A stretch of DNA of 63,530 nucleotides, counting the filler. It is 15 parts of 15 records of this genome, joined end to end, with 100 filler letters (N's around TTAATTAATTAA, not from the genome) between each part and the next. Parts side by side here need not be neighbours in the genome. Positions count along the whole stretch, not along the records: positions 1 to 3,621 come from SRR15195285_9205; positions 3,722 to 7,479 come from SRR15195285_9232; positions 7,580 to 10,930 come from SRR15195285_9244; positions 11,031 to 14,919 come from SRR15195285_9255; 11 more parts are not named here. One strand, 5' to 3'. Both the position numbers and the translations under genes were made by a program. Under the pieces are notes generated by a model that was given only the letters and a program-made list of their open reading frames with translations, had not been told where the DNA came from and made no database searches. Shown in pieces: positions 1 to 11,123 of this stretch. How positions within the stretch are numbered: the stretch's first letter is position 1; every line of letters begins with the position of its first letter.

Positions 1-1
1 G

Positions 2-1785
2 GACGCATTTCAGCAGTTCGACATGAACAGCGACGGCGTCATTGACGAGCGCGAGATGCGCAAAGGCCTATCACGGCTGAGCATTGGCCTCTCGGCGCAG
101 CAGGTTGAGGACCTTCTCGCTGTGATTGACAGGTATCCTTGCCCATAAATCGCTTGTCAGGTCTCTACTCTACAGCGCCTTGTCACACCACCGGTAAGGC
201 GCTCGTCGTAACCATTCCGTCTCTGTGTGTGCCTTTGCCACGTTCGTTGCAGGGACGGCAACGGCAATGTTGACTACTCTGAGTTCGAGGAGCAGTTCGG
301 GGACGCCCCTGGACCAGGAGAAAAGGATCTCGCGGTGGCGATGACAAACCGATGGGGCAAGAGCGCCGCCGAGTTTCACGTCGACCGAAACGAAGCGGCG
401 CAGACATTCGCGACGGAATCAGCGCTGATCGCCGGCCGGTGGGCGGCGCCCTCGATCATCCAAGGTACTGTTGGATCGTGGTCACCGGAGCTAGAGACGG
501 TGATGGAGCCCCCGTCGCCAATCGCACTGGCAGCCCTCGCAGCGGAGCTAGCGGAGCCAGAGCCGGAGTCTGAAACTCTGACAGACATCAACAACCTGCC
601 GTCAGACGGGAGGCCAAAGGTCGACTGGTCAGAGCCGGCACTGCGCAACATCCTGAGCTTTGATGCGAGCTTGGCGCTCCCGCACGCCGACGCGCAAGAG
701 AGAGCGCGCCAGAAAGCTGCACTGCAGGCGGCTGATGAGAGCATCGCTTCTGACAACCTCCGCGGGAGCAGCCGGACAAATCAGAGCGGAGGGGCTGGGG
801 GAGTATCAGGGCTTGAGCTTCCGGAGGATGTGTTGCTTGCTGCCGGCGGGCATACCGTGGGAGGACTAGAGAAACAGGAGGCTGAGGAGGAGAGGCTCGC
901 GCGACAGCACGCGGAGGTCTCGGCGCCGTGGAGGAATCGCAAGGCCTGGCGCAGCGCAGCTAAGGAGGAGATGCTCGCGCGCAAGGCCAGACTCGAGCGC
1001 CACGCAGCCGCCGACCGCCACTGCTTCAACGCCCTCGGCGTCCGGAACGTAGCGAAGGCCTCGCCGTACATTCAGAAGATTGAGGACATCTCCAAGGCCG
1101 GAGGCTTCGACACGTTCGTGGAGCAGCAGGGGCAGATGTCACCGGAGCGGGTGGAGGAGCACCACGTGGCCCAGGCGTTCGCTCTGATCACGACCGTGCG
1201 GGGTGCGCTCGAGAAAGCCAGGAGCTCCGGCGGCGCGATGGTGGAGGGCGCGGGCTCGGAGGACGGGCAAGGGGGCGGGATCGGGCTGTCCGAGGCGGTG
1301 AGCCCAGCGGTGCTCTTCCGCGCGATGGACGAAGACGGCAGCGGGCAGCTCGACGAGGACGAGCTCTTCGACGCCTTCTCACGGCTTGGTCTGTCGCTGC
1401 AGCGGCCTCAGGTGCGGCAGATCATCTCGTTCTGCGACGCGGACGGGAGTGGGACGGTTGACTTCAGGGAGTTCATGCTGCTGCTCGGAGGCGGAGAGAA
1501 TGACACGGCAGACCCGGAGGTGCGCTTCTTGCATTCGAACGCCGCTGGAGCACGCTGCGTGCTGTGCTGCGTTGTTGCATAGCCCGATACTGTACAGTTG
1601 TTTGTGGTCCTGTCTCTCCTGTTGAGAGATCGCTCATGCGTGTTGTCGTCTACTTGCATACGTAGGCCGTGGCGATGCTCCGCGCGCAGATGAAGCAAGA
1701 AGAAGCCGACCTGCTCGATGATGAAGAGAAGCGGCTGGCCGAGAACAAGAACGTTGCTTCTCCGGCTGGCTATGGTGCTAAGTAG
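2..1785 (+). CDS. Multi-EF-hand calcium-binding protein, 5'-partial; exons <2-132, 253-1519, 1666-1785
   Basis: EF loops DMNSDGVIDERE, DRDGNGNVDYSE, DEDGSGQLDEDE, DADGSGTVDFRE. Splicing GT-AG intron 133-252 rebuilds the second EF loop. Intron 1520-1665 leads to a TAG at 1783-1785. Confidence 0.88.
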
Positions 1786-2179
1786 CAGCGCTGCGCGGTA
1801 ATCAACATGGTTTTGTTTCCAAGTTCCTCTGTTCGCAATCCAACCGGTCGAATCACGTTCTGAGTCGTGACTCCGCGTTGACATTTTTTCGAGCTCGGAC
1901 GACGGTATGCCTTCCCAGAGACCTCCCGCTGAGCCGCTGTGGCGCTCTGACCAACACTGTCCATGGCCACGATTGGCGATCAGCTCGGTACCTTTCTCGA
2001 GCCTAGAAGGAGTTTCTCAAAAAGTAGCGCTGTCTTAGGACGGCAGGGGCTGCGATGGGCTAGGGCTCTGATTATGTAGTGGCATAACTGTTGCCATCGC
2101 GTTTGCTTTTGCCGGGGCGCTGAGAAGGCGAGGCCGGATTGCTGGTGTTTAAAATGCATTTTGAATTCAGTTCCACACA

Positions 2180-3265
2180 CTACGGGCGGTAGTCCCCGTC
2201 ATCGTCTGAGCCAACGAACTCATCCTCCGACCCCCAGAAGCCATCTGCCTTGCAAGTTTTTTTCGACAGGGCGACAATTGAGGCTGGGTCCACTCGCCAG
2301 CACCCAGAGTCGCCATCGGTTTCGATGGCATGCAGCCAGAAACCATGGATGCGATACAGGTTCTCGTCCACCGTGCTGTAGTACGTGAGTGTGAGTTGAT
2401 CGCCAGCCTCTACCACACCGTCGACTCGGCGATCGTCGCCTTCAAGATTCTCGATATGTTCGATGCTTGTAATCTTGTGCCCATGCTTTCCGAAGTCCGT
2501 GTGCTTGTTGTAGTAGGCGCGGAATGCTTCCTTCGCGCCTGAGAGCGTGGTCGCTGACCGTGGGTCGCTAGGCCTGTTGACCGCAGGGCTGTTGGCCGCA
2601 GGCGGAGTCACTGCCGCTGCCTGCACGACCGAGAGTCGCGGCTCAAGCCTCTCTGCCGATGCAGCGCTCGTGCGGTCTGCAGACACCACCGCGCCTGAGG
2701 TGCTTGTCGTGTCACGGTGGAGCTCAGCAGCAATCCCAGGCGCAGATTGCACTGTGCGTCGCCGCTGCGCAGGTGGCCCCGGCTCGACAGTCTTCAAAGA
2801 ACTCTCCAGTGAGCGTTTGCCCGCGAGCTCGCGCGTAACAGCGGATTTGATCTCTTGAAGTGCGGCGATCTTAGCCTCGTACTCCTTCTGCTCCTTCTCC
2901 AGCTCGCCCAGCAACGCTTTCAGCTCGAGCTTTCCAGCATCTGCGCGCTGCTGTAGCCTGACAAGCTGCTGTGCGGATTGTTGCTCTACATTTGCAGCCC
3001 TAGTTTTCGTACTCTGCGCCTGCCTTTCTGCCTCGGCAGTATCGCGCACCTTTTTTTCCGCCTGCTTCAACGCCTTCGCAAGCTCGAGCGCCTCGGCCTT
3101 CGCCTTCTTCGCCAGGTCGGCAGCTTCAGCGGCCCCATCGTGTGCGCTCTGGGCCGTCTCAGTGTGCGCTGCAAGCCGAACCTGCTGCGCGACGACCTCC
3201 TGCTCTGCCCTCTGGTTCTCGACGCGGGCTACCGCGAGCTTTTCTTGCACCGATACCATGACCAC
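2180..3265 (-). CDS. Hypothetical protein: N-terminal coiled coil plus an unassigned C-terminal globular region
   Basis: 361-aa ORF with A/E/K/Q-rich heptads, a low-complexity linker and an aromatic-rich C-terminus. Start uncertain. Confidence 0.65.
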   Translation of the reverse strand: MVMVSVQEKLAVARVENQRAEQEVVAQQVRLAAHTETAQSAHDGAAEAADLAKKAKAEALELAKALKQAEKKVRDTAEAERQAQSTKTRAANVEQQSAQQLVRLQQRADAGKLELKALLGELEKEQKEYEAKIAALQEIKSAVTRELAGKRSLESSLKTVEPGPPAQRRRTVQSAPGIAAELHRDTTSTSGAVVSADRTSAASAERLEPRLSVVQAAAVTPPAANSPAVNRPSDPRSATTLSGAKEAFRAYYNKHTDFGKHGHKITSIEHIENLEGDDRRVDGVVEAGDQLTLTYYSTVDENLYRIHGFWLHAIETDGDSGCWRVDPASIVALSKKTCKADGFWGSEDEFVGSDDDGDYRP

Positions 3266-3621
3266 GGCCCCCTGCCCTTCCTGCGCAAGGAATTCAGCAG
3301 CCGGTCTGCACTCGTACTTCAGCTATGCTATGGCGCCGCCCACGTCTGCCCTGCGTGCCCTCGGGCGGAACGAGCGAACGCCCTTTCTCCCTCTCTTACC
3401 CCGTCTCCTGAGCGGTCTCTCTCTCCCTCCCTCTCACAGACTTCTGAGCTCAGCTGCCACAAAGCTTGCTGCGCCGGCTATCCTCGCTGTGCGTGCGTGG
3501 TGCGCTCTCCCCGGTGCATGCCGGTTGCCGGCGGGTTGCCGCACTGCGCGCGTGCGCCGCCACCGTCCCCGGCCGGGAGGACCTCGGTAGGCCTGGGTTG
3601 CGTTCGTTTGCCGAGGGGGGA

Positions 3622-3721
3622 NNNNNNNNNNNNNNNNNNNNNNNNNNNNNNNNNNNNNNNNNNNNTTAATTAATTAANNNNNNNNNNNNNNNNNNNNNNN
3701 NNNNNNNNNNNNNNNNNNNNN
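3622..3721. other. Artificial contig linker (N44-TTAATTAATTAA-N44). Identical linkers at 7480-7579, 10931-11030, 14920-15019, 18073-18172, 22349-22448, 29296-29395, 33275-33374, 39025-39124, 42252-42351, 45570-45669, 49748-49847, 55704-55803, 59013-59112
   Basis: Fourteen identical 100-nt spacers whose 12-mer has stop codons in all six frames. Confidence 0.99.
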
Positions 3722-3863
3722 AGGCTTTCCAGGCGATGGGCTCAGCGGTTGATGCCATCGTTGCGCTCCAAATTATCCATTTGATCGACTTGTAAGGGCT
3801 TCAAACTAGTAGACACCATAGCGATCTTGTGGGAAAGTTTTCAAAAACACTTTCTCTCGCATC

Positions 3864-5168
3864 ATGTCTGACATGTCTGCACCGGCTTGCTGTGTTCGCA
3901 GCATTCCCCCCTTTATGGCGGGGGACAAGGTCCAGACAATGAAGGCGTGCTTGAAAATGGCCCAAACCGCAAACGAGGCACGCATGGCCGTGCACTCTAG
4001 TGACTACACCCGGCTCTCCCTAGTCAGCACGCACATCAATTGGGCCGCCACCTTCATGGATTTTCAAGTCCTTGACGCTGATCCGACTGCTTTGTACGGT
4101 GAAGGGGGAAGCATCTTATCAAAGATGGCCGAAGAGTATGACTTCGATCTCATGCACAGGGCTCTACATTATCCAGGCATGGACCATACCATAGCTATAC
4201 CAGGCTGGGCGGTTGGTCCGCTGGTTCATTGGTGCGATATCCACCATGCCAACATGCATGTCTTGCGTGCTCCATGACTTGTGGTCGCGTTCACTGACCT
4301 CGAGATTTCAACGTGTGTGTGTGGCAGGGGCGACGTTGTGGCGACGAATGCCGCCTGGGACCGGATGGTGCCTGCCATTTGCAGGTGCCAAGAGGAGTTC
4401 ACCGCAATGGGCTCTGCCTCTAACTCTAACGACATGAATTTTTTCAAGGGTTCGTGCGTGTTTTGGCTGTTGATGGTTGGACGCAAATCGGACGCAAGGA
4501 AGCTCTTGGATGCGGGGCCATTCGACAACCTTGAGCAGTTTTGGGACGCAGTTTGTGAGGGGCAAGCGGGCACCGTGCGTCCTCGTGGGATGAACCCCTC
4601 AACTGATGAAGGATTCAGAGTGATGACTGTGGATGACCTTTTGGCACACAGCCAATTCTGTGAGATCCTCGCCGCTGATGAAGCACCACCAGCGTCGGTG
4701 TTGGACAAGCTGCCGGAGCCTCGGGCCTTCGCTAAGCTTGGTGTGACTTTCCCGTGGGGTTCTGTGGCCCAATTTCTCGACATGTCTTCAATGGTGCCGG
4801 CAATGCTGGCGCACGAGCGCGTTGGTCGCGCCGATGATGCGCTGGAGTGCGCAGCGATCATCCTAGAGGGTGACCGAGCAGAAGGCGGAGGTGGAACCTC
4901 GCGCATGCGCTCGTTTGCTCACGCCTGCCGCGGCCGCGTTCTGGCTTCGCAGGGCAAGACGGAAGCAGCAGAGGCAGCATTCGAGGCAAGCGTCTCCTTA
5001 GCAAACGCAGGCAAAATGCCTTTTCTCGCTGCGCTCGCGCTGCGTGACTTGTGCAAACTCGTACTGGATGGCGTGGGACGGGGCGAGGAAGGTCGGCAGA
5101 GGCTCGTGGGGCTGGTCGAGAAGCTTTCTTGCAGCGTCGAAGACCTCAACGCCATCGCGTTCCCATAA
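3864..5168 (+). CDS. Helical-repeat (TPR-like) protein, probably 5'-partial; one intron at 4232-4327
   Basis: ORFs 3864-4277 and 4281-5168 are in the same frame. A 96-nt GTGCG...CTGAC...CAG intron removes the intervening TGA. The C-terminal AHACRGRVLASQGKTEAAEAAFEAS is TPR-like. Confidence 0.65.
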
Positions 5169-5438
5169 ACGCGAAAATAATGAAAATTACGTTTGGATCT
5201 TGAATGCGGCTCAAGGCCTCTGTGTCGTCCGCATCTTTGTTTTTCGCTGACATGTTTCGGCCATGTTAGGATCCCAAGCGTAGCAAGATCGGAGATGGAT
5301 GATCTACGATTGTTTTGTGAAGACGTGGGCTTCGTAGAGGCACACATGAAGGGTTGGATGAACAATGGCCGCGTGATTGTCATTGTGTGGCAGCGCATTG
5401 TGAATGTAAAATGAACAGATTTATAGAACGCTACAACG

Positions 5439-7313
5439 TCAGCCGCCATCGACGATCAAGCGATCTAGTCTGTGCTTCACTGGGTCGAGGCGCCAGGCCT
5501 CAACATTTGCTTCTACCCCATTGGCGAATACTCTCAGCGTTGAATTTCCCGCCGAGGGGCTGTAATAGAGGGTGGTGCTCGTGCGGTTCTCCCAGATGAC
5601 CTCCAGAATATTGCCATCACTAATCGCGTGCACATTCAGCCGTCTGTTCTGCAGAGCAATCGCTGGCATTGGTCCGGTCACATTGGTCGCTGCGCCACCC
5701 CACGCGACCTTCTGAGGTCCCTGCTGCCCCGTCCATCCGAGCTCTAGCATCCGGCGGTTGCTTCGGATGTCTTGGGAGTTGTAGTGCGACCTGGCTTGGA
5801 CTTGGCACTCTTGACCGTTGCAGCTAATGACAAGGGCGGCACATCTGGTGGGAGGACCATTGAGGCATAGTCCAAAGTGCTCCTGCGGTGGGACACTACC
5901 GTGCCAGCCAAAGCTGGCAACAAGCTCAAACTGCTGGCCTTCGATGAGTATCAGCCCACGAGTCGCAACGGAAGAGTGAGCGTGATTCTCCCGCACCTGC
6001 AGTGTAGCAGGTGAGATCCGGCTGTTCGATGCTGAGAGAACTCGGCGTTGCTGCCGCAAGCTTTTGAGCTCCGGCACAAATTGCTGCAGAAGCACTGGCA
6101 CACTGGTGCCAGCCACGGAAGACAACTGGTTGTCTGAAAATGTCGACAAGGTGATGTCCCGCGCCAGTGACTGGCTGGAGAGCCGATTTGGCGCAGAAGG
6201 TGGATCGTCAAACGGAAATGGACGCAGTTGTCCGATCATCACACGTCTTCCGCGAGCGGTTACCTGATTTCGTGGGTCTCCAGCACCCAGTGTCCGCACC
6301 AAGCATATGGGACCATAATCTATCACGCCACCAAGTGGGCCGCTACCTGTCGCATTTGGGTACGGTTTAAAGCGCTTTCCAGTAATGTTGCCCAACCAGT
6401 ACGTACTATAAAGGTTGCCACAGTAGTTGGATGTGATGACCACGCTGTCACCGACGCCAAACACGCCTGTAGTGACGAATTCGTTGTGAATAAATCCCTG
6501 GCCACAAGCAGCCGGCTGTGGTCCGGCAGTGGTATTCTCTGCGAAAAATGGCTCGGGCTCAAGAGACCAAGGCCCAGTTAGCCGAGGCGCTTCCCACATA
6601 TCTAGCCGCCCACCACGAGTGCAGGCACACGTCGGGCCACTGCAGCAGGTATCGATGGTGCAGTTGAATGGAGAGTTCCCACAATGTTGTGTGTCGTTGC
6701 AGCCGTGTGCGGAAAGGAGGCTGCGCCAAACGTAGCCACTCCCGTTCGGCAGCCCCTCACGCCACGGCCGCGGCGGGTCGTACGGGAGAGGATTAGTGTG
6801 GTAGTAGGGATTGTACAGGTACTGTGGGGCGCTCCACTCTAATATAGGTGGTCCGGTGCGCCGTTCGTTTCCAATGCGCGAGGAAGTGTTCGCGCAGCGC
6901 AGCTCCAACGGCACGTCCCACACTGCTGCCGCTGGGTTGAGGCCGGTTGTGCCGTGGGTGCTGCTGCACTGTCGGAAGCCTGCGCACAGTCGTCCGGCAT
7001 CATCCAGAGTTGCGAAGCCAGAGCACGGAGTGCTGTCGGAAGCCATCCCCTCGTATGTTTCCGGTACGGCGTGTGGTGCAATGTCAACGAATTGCCAGCG
7101 CACGAGATCTGGGCTCCACGAGTACCCCCAGCCACTCCCACAGCCCTGCCAGATGTGGTGATCTCGCTCGCCCAGCGACAGGGCTCCTGCGATATCGTGC
7201 CACCCACCACCTCGAGCACATGGAGGGGAGTGGTGGATGTGGTTGGTTGGCGCACCCTGCTGAGCGACGGTCCTACCAACTAGCAGTAGCGGCAGCAGCA
7301 GTGGCGACCCCAT
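5439..7313 (-). CDS. Secreted divergent GH32-like (five-bladed beta-propeller + beta-sandwich) glycoside hydrolase; probable in-frame intron 5934-5996
   Basis: Signal peptide MGSPLLLPLLLVGRTVAQ. HHSP...GWHDIAG resembles HFxP..GWMNDPNG, WSPDLVRW, YDP resembles RDP, SLARDITL, QQFVPELKSLR, DGNILEV. Confidence 0.75.
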   Translation of the reverse strand: MGSPLLLPLLLVGRTVAQQGAPTNHIHHSPPCARGGGWHDIAGALSLGERDHHIWQGCGSGWGYSWSPDLVRWQFVDIAPHAVPETYEGMASDSTPCSGFATLDDAGRLCAGFRQCSSTHGTTGLNPAAAVWDVPLELRCANTSSRIGNERRTGPPILEWSAPQYLYNPYYHTNPLPYDPPRPWREGLPNGSGYVWRSLLSAHGCNDTQHCGNSPFNCTIDTCCSGPTCACTRGGRLDMWEAPRLTGPWSLEPEPFFAENTTAGPQPAACGQGFIHNEFVTTGVFGVGDSVVITSNYCGNLYSTYWLGNITGKRFKPYPNATGSGPLGGVIDYGPICLVRTLGAGDPRNQVTARGRRVMIGQLRPFPFDDPPSAPNRLSSQSLARDITLSTFSDNQLSSVAGTSVPVLLQQFVPELKSLRQQRRVLSASNSRISPATLQVRENHAHSSVATRGLILIEGQQFELVASFGWHGSVPPQEHFGLCLNGPPTRCAALVISCNGQECQVQARSHYNSQDIRSNRRMLELGWTGQQGPQKVAWGGAATNVTGPMPAIALQNRRLNVHAISDGNILEVIWENRTSTTLYYSPSAGNSTLRVFANGVEANVEAWRLDPVKHRLDRLIVDGG

Positions 7314-8623
7314 CTATCGCCGCGATGCCCATCAATTGACTGGGGGCCCAACCGTGTTGACTCTTCGCCTACAGTGGTGCGTGTTGGAAACTCGTACTAG
7401 ATCTACTAGAAGTAGTCTTTTCGACTCACCGGCTGGGTCGCAGACTCCACCACCGCGGGCCGCGCCTGTCCCGTCCGTTNNNNNNNNNNNNNNNNNNNNN
7501 NNNNNNNNNNNNNNNNNNNNNNNTTAATTAATTAANNNNNNNNNNNNNNNNNNNNNNNNNNNNNNNNNNNNNNNNNNNNGGGGGACAGAAATTCCCCTCT
7601 CGACAGTACAGTGCTGCGATCGATGCACACACCTTGATTTTTTTTTTAAAAAACGCCAATTCAATTGGTGCCCCCATGCAAATTCCCGCGCGCGGCGGTC
7701 ACCGGCGGTGACAGACGCGGCGCCCGGCGGCGACATGGTGGCGAGGCGTGCCGAGAGGGACTGTGGGGAGGTGGTTAATGTATCCCCCAGAGCCTGAACT
7801 GGTCTGCACCTTCATTGTAGGTCCCTCCCCGCCCACTTGAGCCCATTCAGCTCTCCGCTCCGAGCCGAGGGAGCGCTCCCCCGGCTCGGAGCATCCCTCC
7901 CGCTCACGCGCCCACAGCTCGCGCTGCCCTGTCTTGACCCCGTGTTACGGTGTGCTGCCCACTGCTGTCTGGTCGCAGGCGTAGCGTCTTCAGAGCTGGC
8001 AGCGGGTCTACAGACAAGGTACAGAGAGATATTGGACCTTCTGAGCGTCGTGGACGGTACGTCTGCACCTCTCCCTCCTGCCTGCGATTTTCCCTGCCTC
8101 AGGCGCTCCCGACCGGCGCCAAGGACGGCTGCGGTACTTCGGTATCCGGCCCGTTCTCGGCGCTGCGCACCCCGCGGTGGTCCCCCCGGATGGTGGGGGC
8201 TAAGCCATCGCAGCCACGGCACCAGCTGACTGTTTGCTGTGCCTGTGCAGTAGGCACGGTTGCTGTGCTTCGGCTCTGGCGCCGTTCAAATCGCCCCGTT
8301 ACGCCGGATAACGGCTGCAGCCCAGGAACCGGCCCTGTGATCCAGGCGACTAGGTGCGCCGCAAGCCCCACTCGTGTGCACAACTGGCCGTAGGCTTAAG
8401 GCCGGCAGATGAGCAGCGCGACTGTGTGCACCTGACCCGTCTTTCGGCTGCTCGCAGGCTGTCAGAAGTGGCGGGGAGTGGCGCGTGCTGTGGTGCCGGA
8501 GAACGCTCTGCTGGCCGGCAGCAGGTCGAAGAGCTGCTGGAAAAGCAGGGGTTGGAGGACGCCAGCGATCTGATGGCGGTCTCCATATGATGGCGGTGTA
8601 GCTGAGGCTGTAGGGAAGTGGGT

Positions 8624-10671
8624 ATGGCGGGGCTGCTGAGCGAGAGCCTGCAGCTCGGAAAGCGGGTCGAGGCGCTACTGGAGGCACAGGGGTTCGAGGA
8701 TGCCGACGACTGGGGCCCAGACAAGAAGGGCCCGCTCAAATGGGCCTACGATGTGGAGAGATCACCGTGCCACTTGGCACTCTCTAGTCTCATCACGTTT
8801 CTGACGGAGTTGGAGAGTGCTGGGATTCGTCAAGAGCCAGCGCGACGGATCATCGGAGACGGTACAAGATCAGTGAAGATGATGCGAGACTTGCTGGACG
8901 TGCGCAACAAACTTGTAGCTGCGGGACACGGCGACATGGTCGACACGGTCGTGACCACGACCACAAAGGTTCAAGCTGCGCAAAAGCAGCTGAAGATGTT
9001 TCTGAACCCACCCTCGGTTCGCGAGGAGCGGCCGGCGAAGCGAGAGCGCAAGCAGGCGGAGCGTCATCCAGGATATGTAGACAGCCTCGACCCAACTTTG
9101 AGCTGTACGTAATCTTCGTCAGCACACACATGGCGCGCAGTTTCATTTGCTGCTGGTGTTGACATCTGACAATTCGTTTTCCCTGACCGCATGCAGTCAG
9201 CCACAGCAACCCTGCGGCTCGAAATCCGACGACTCAGGAACTCGCCAAAGGTGGCACGAGCGTCGAGCTCCCAGAGCCCAAAACTCCTGTTCCATTTGAA
9301 CGCCTCTCACCGCAGAGGAAATACGTTGCTGACGCAGCTAAGAACGCCTCGGAGGCAGCGTGCGCGCGGGCAAGGTCAATTCAAACTGACTGTACACCCT
9401 TGCATAACTTCGGCCTGCCGACCAGCAAAGGGCTCAGATATGCCTTAGTACCAACCGAGGACGGTGGACAGATGGAGCATGAGTGCACTGGTATTATAGA
9501 TCAACAGATCCTCGACATGATCGAAGCTCCAGTCAATGTGCGGAACAATGTCGGCATTTACGAGATCACGGACACCAACCACCCTGCTTACAAAGGCCGC
9601 ATTTGCAAGGATCACCCCGCCTATGGATCGTTTGCGCGCCGACGGTTGCCCAAGAACACCGCGCTCGGACCCTATGGAGGAGTCACAAAAACTGACGGCG
9701 ACGATATGGACGGCTCAGCGGAGCGCGCACACTGCGAGTTTGCCTTGAACGTGGACGGCCTCTTCGTTGATGCAGACATGTCCTGCAATGAGCTAGCCTT
9801 TTGTAATGACTATAGGACAGATATTCAGAACTTTGACGATCCAACGAAACAGGAGGACTTCATCCCACGGAGCAGGAGAAATAGACGGCACAACACCGAC
9901 TCGCTGATCGTATGGAAAGAAGGTGAGCTCTTTCCGCGTATATTTTTCTACACCCTACGAGTCGTGCAGGCCAACGAAGAGCTCATGATCGACTACGGCA
10001 ACCCCTTTTGGGAAAATGAGCGCGCTCGAGAGAGTGGGCAGGAGCAGGAGCAGGAGGCTGGAGGCAGCCAGTCCAGCCAAGTAGGGTTGCGGCGGCGGAA
10101 TTCCTTGGAGTCGCCTGGGTTGAGCATACGGACGTCCAGCCGACTGGTGGAGCGTGAGTACCTAAAATGTGAGTTGGATGAGTGGAAGGAGCAGATGAGA
10201 GAGCAAAAACGGCTGTTTGAAGAACAGAAGCGATTGTTCGAGGAGAAGCAGCGACAGCTTGCGGCGAAAGTGACCGAAAGAGAGGAACTCCTGAGTTTAA
10301 TTGGGAGGCAGGTGCAAGAGAAGTTCCTGGGCCATGGGGCCTTCTATGGGACAGTTGTCAGCAAAGTGGGAACCAACTACAAGGTGCGCTACACAGACGG
10401 TGACAGCCATGAGCGACGCGAAGACAACATCGTGAAGAACCTGGTGGACCGAAATCACGAGGATCAGCAGGCAAAGCAGAAAATCGCCAGTATGGCACCG
10501 TCATCTGACGAGGAAGATGCGGAAGGATCTACACAGCCTTTTGTAGAAGATGACGTAGAGATCAACGACTGGAACACTGTAGACACCTCAGAGAGAAGCG
10601 CAGCGCAAGAGCAGCAAAGGTCGAGTCCGCCGGCAGAGGCAGTCGCCGGACCAGCAGCGGTTCAGGAGTAG
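8624..10671 (+). CDS. SET-domain protein lysine methyltransferase with coiled coil and C-terminal Tudor-like domain; exons ~8624-9104 and 9197-10671
   Basis: GSFARRRLPKNTALGPYGG, VDA..CNELAFCND, EELMIDYG..FW are SET motifs. LIGRQVQEKFLGHGAFYGTVVS...YKVRYTDGDSHE is Tudor-like. Intron 9105-9196 joins the two ORFs in frame. Start uncertain. Confidence 0.85.
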
Positions 10672-10779
10672 ACCACATAGCACCACCGGCAAGTCAGATC
10701 GTCTGTGACGAGTTGTCAAGGATAAACGATCAATGCCCCTATCCGTGAACAACGTGCTTGGCCTCATTCGCATACGCCA

Positions 10780-10827
10780 CCGTTTGTGGCGGTTTCCGCT
10801 GTCAACGGCGGAAACCGCCACAAACGG
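10780..10827. repeat. Perfect 20-bp inverted repeat (hairpin) with an 8-nt loop
   Basis: CCGTTTGTGGCGGTTTCCGC-tgtcaacg-GCGGAAACCGCCACAAACGG. Confidence 0.95.
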
Positions 10828-11123
10828 CGCCTAGCCCACGCTGGATTTAAAAACGGTTTTGCTTGGCGACAGGAATCGCCCAACCCGTACACGACTCCTT
10901 CCGAGTGTTATCACACTAAGTGCATCTAGTNNNNNNNNNNNNNNNNNNNNNNNNNNNNNNNNNNNNNNNNNNNNTTAATTAATTAANNNNNNNNNNNNNN
11001 NNNNNNNNNNNNNNNNNNNNNNNNNNNNNNTTACATATTTGCATGCCCGTTAACTCGTTGATCGCGATGATCGCTGCTGGCACGCCGGGTTGGATGCTGA
11101 GCTCGGGATAGGATATATACAGT

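Noticed and set aside
4275-4277. In-frame TGA between two collinear ORFs, suggesting selenocysteine or readthrough
   Set aside because: It lies inside a 96-nt GTGCG...CAG intron with a CTGAC branch-like site
7765-7825. Stem-loops resembling a tRNA anticodon arm (CTGCA-ccttcat-TGTAG)
   Set aside because: No U33, no TTC T-loop and no acceptor stem
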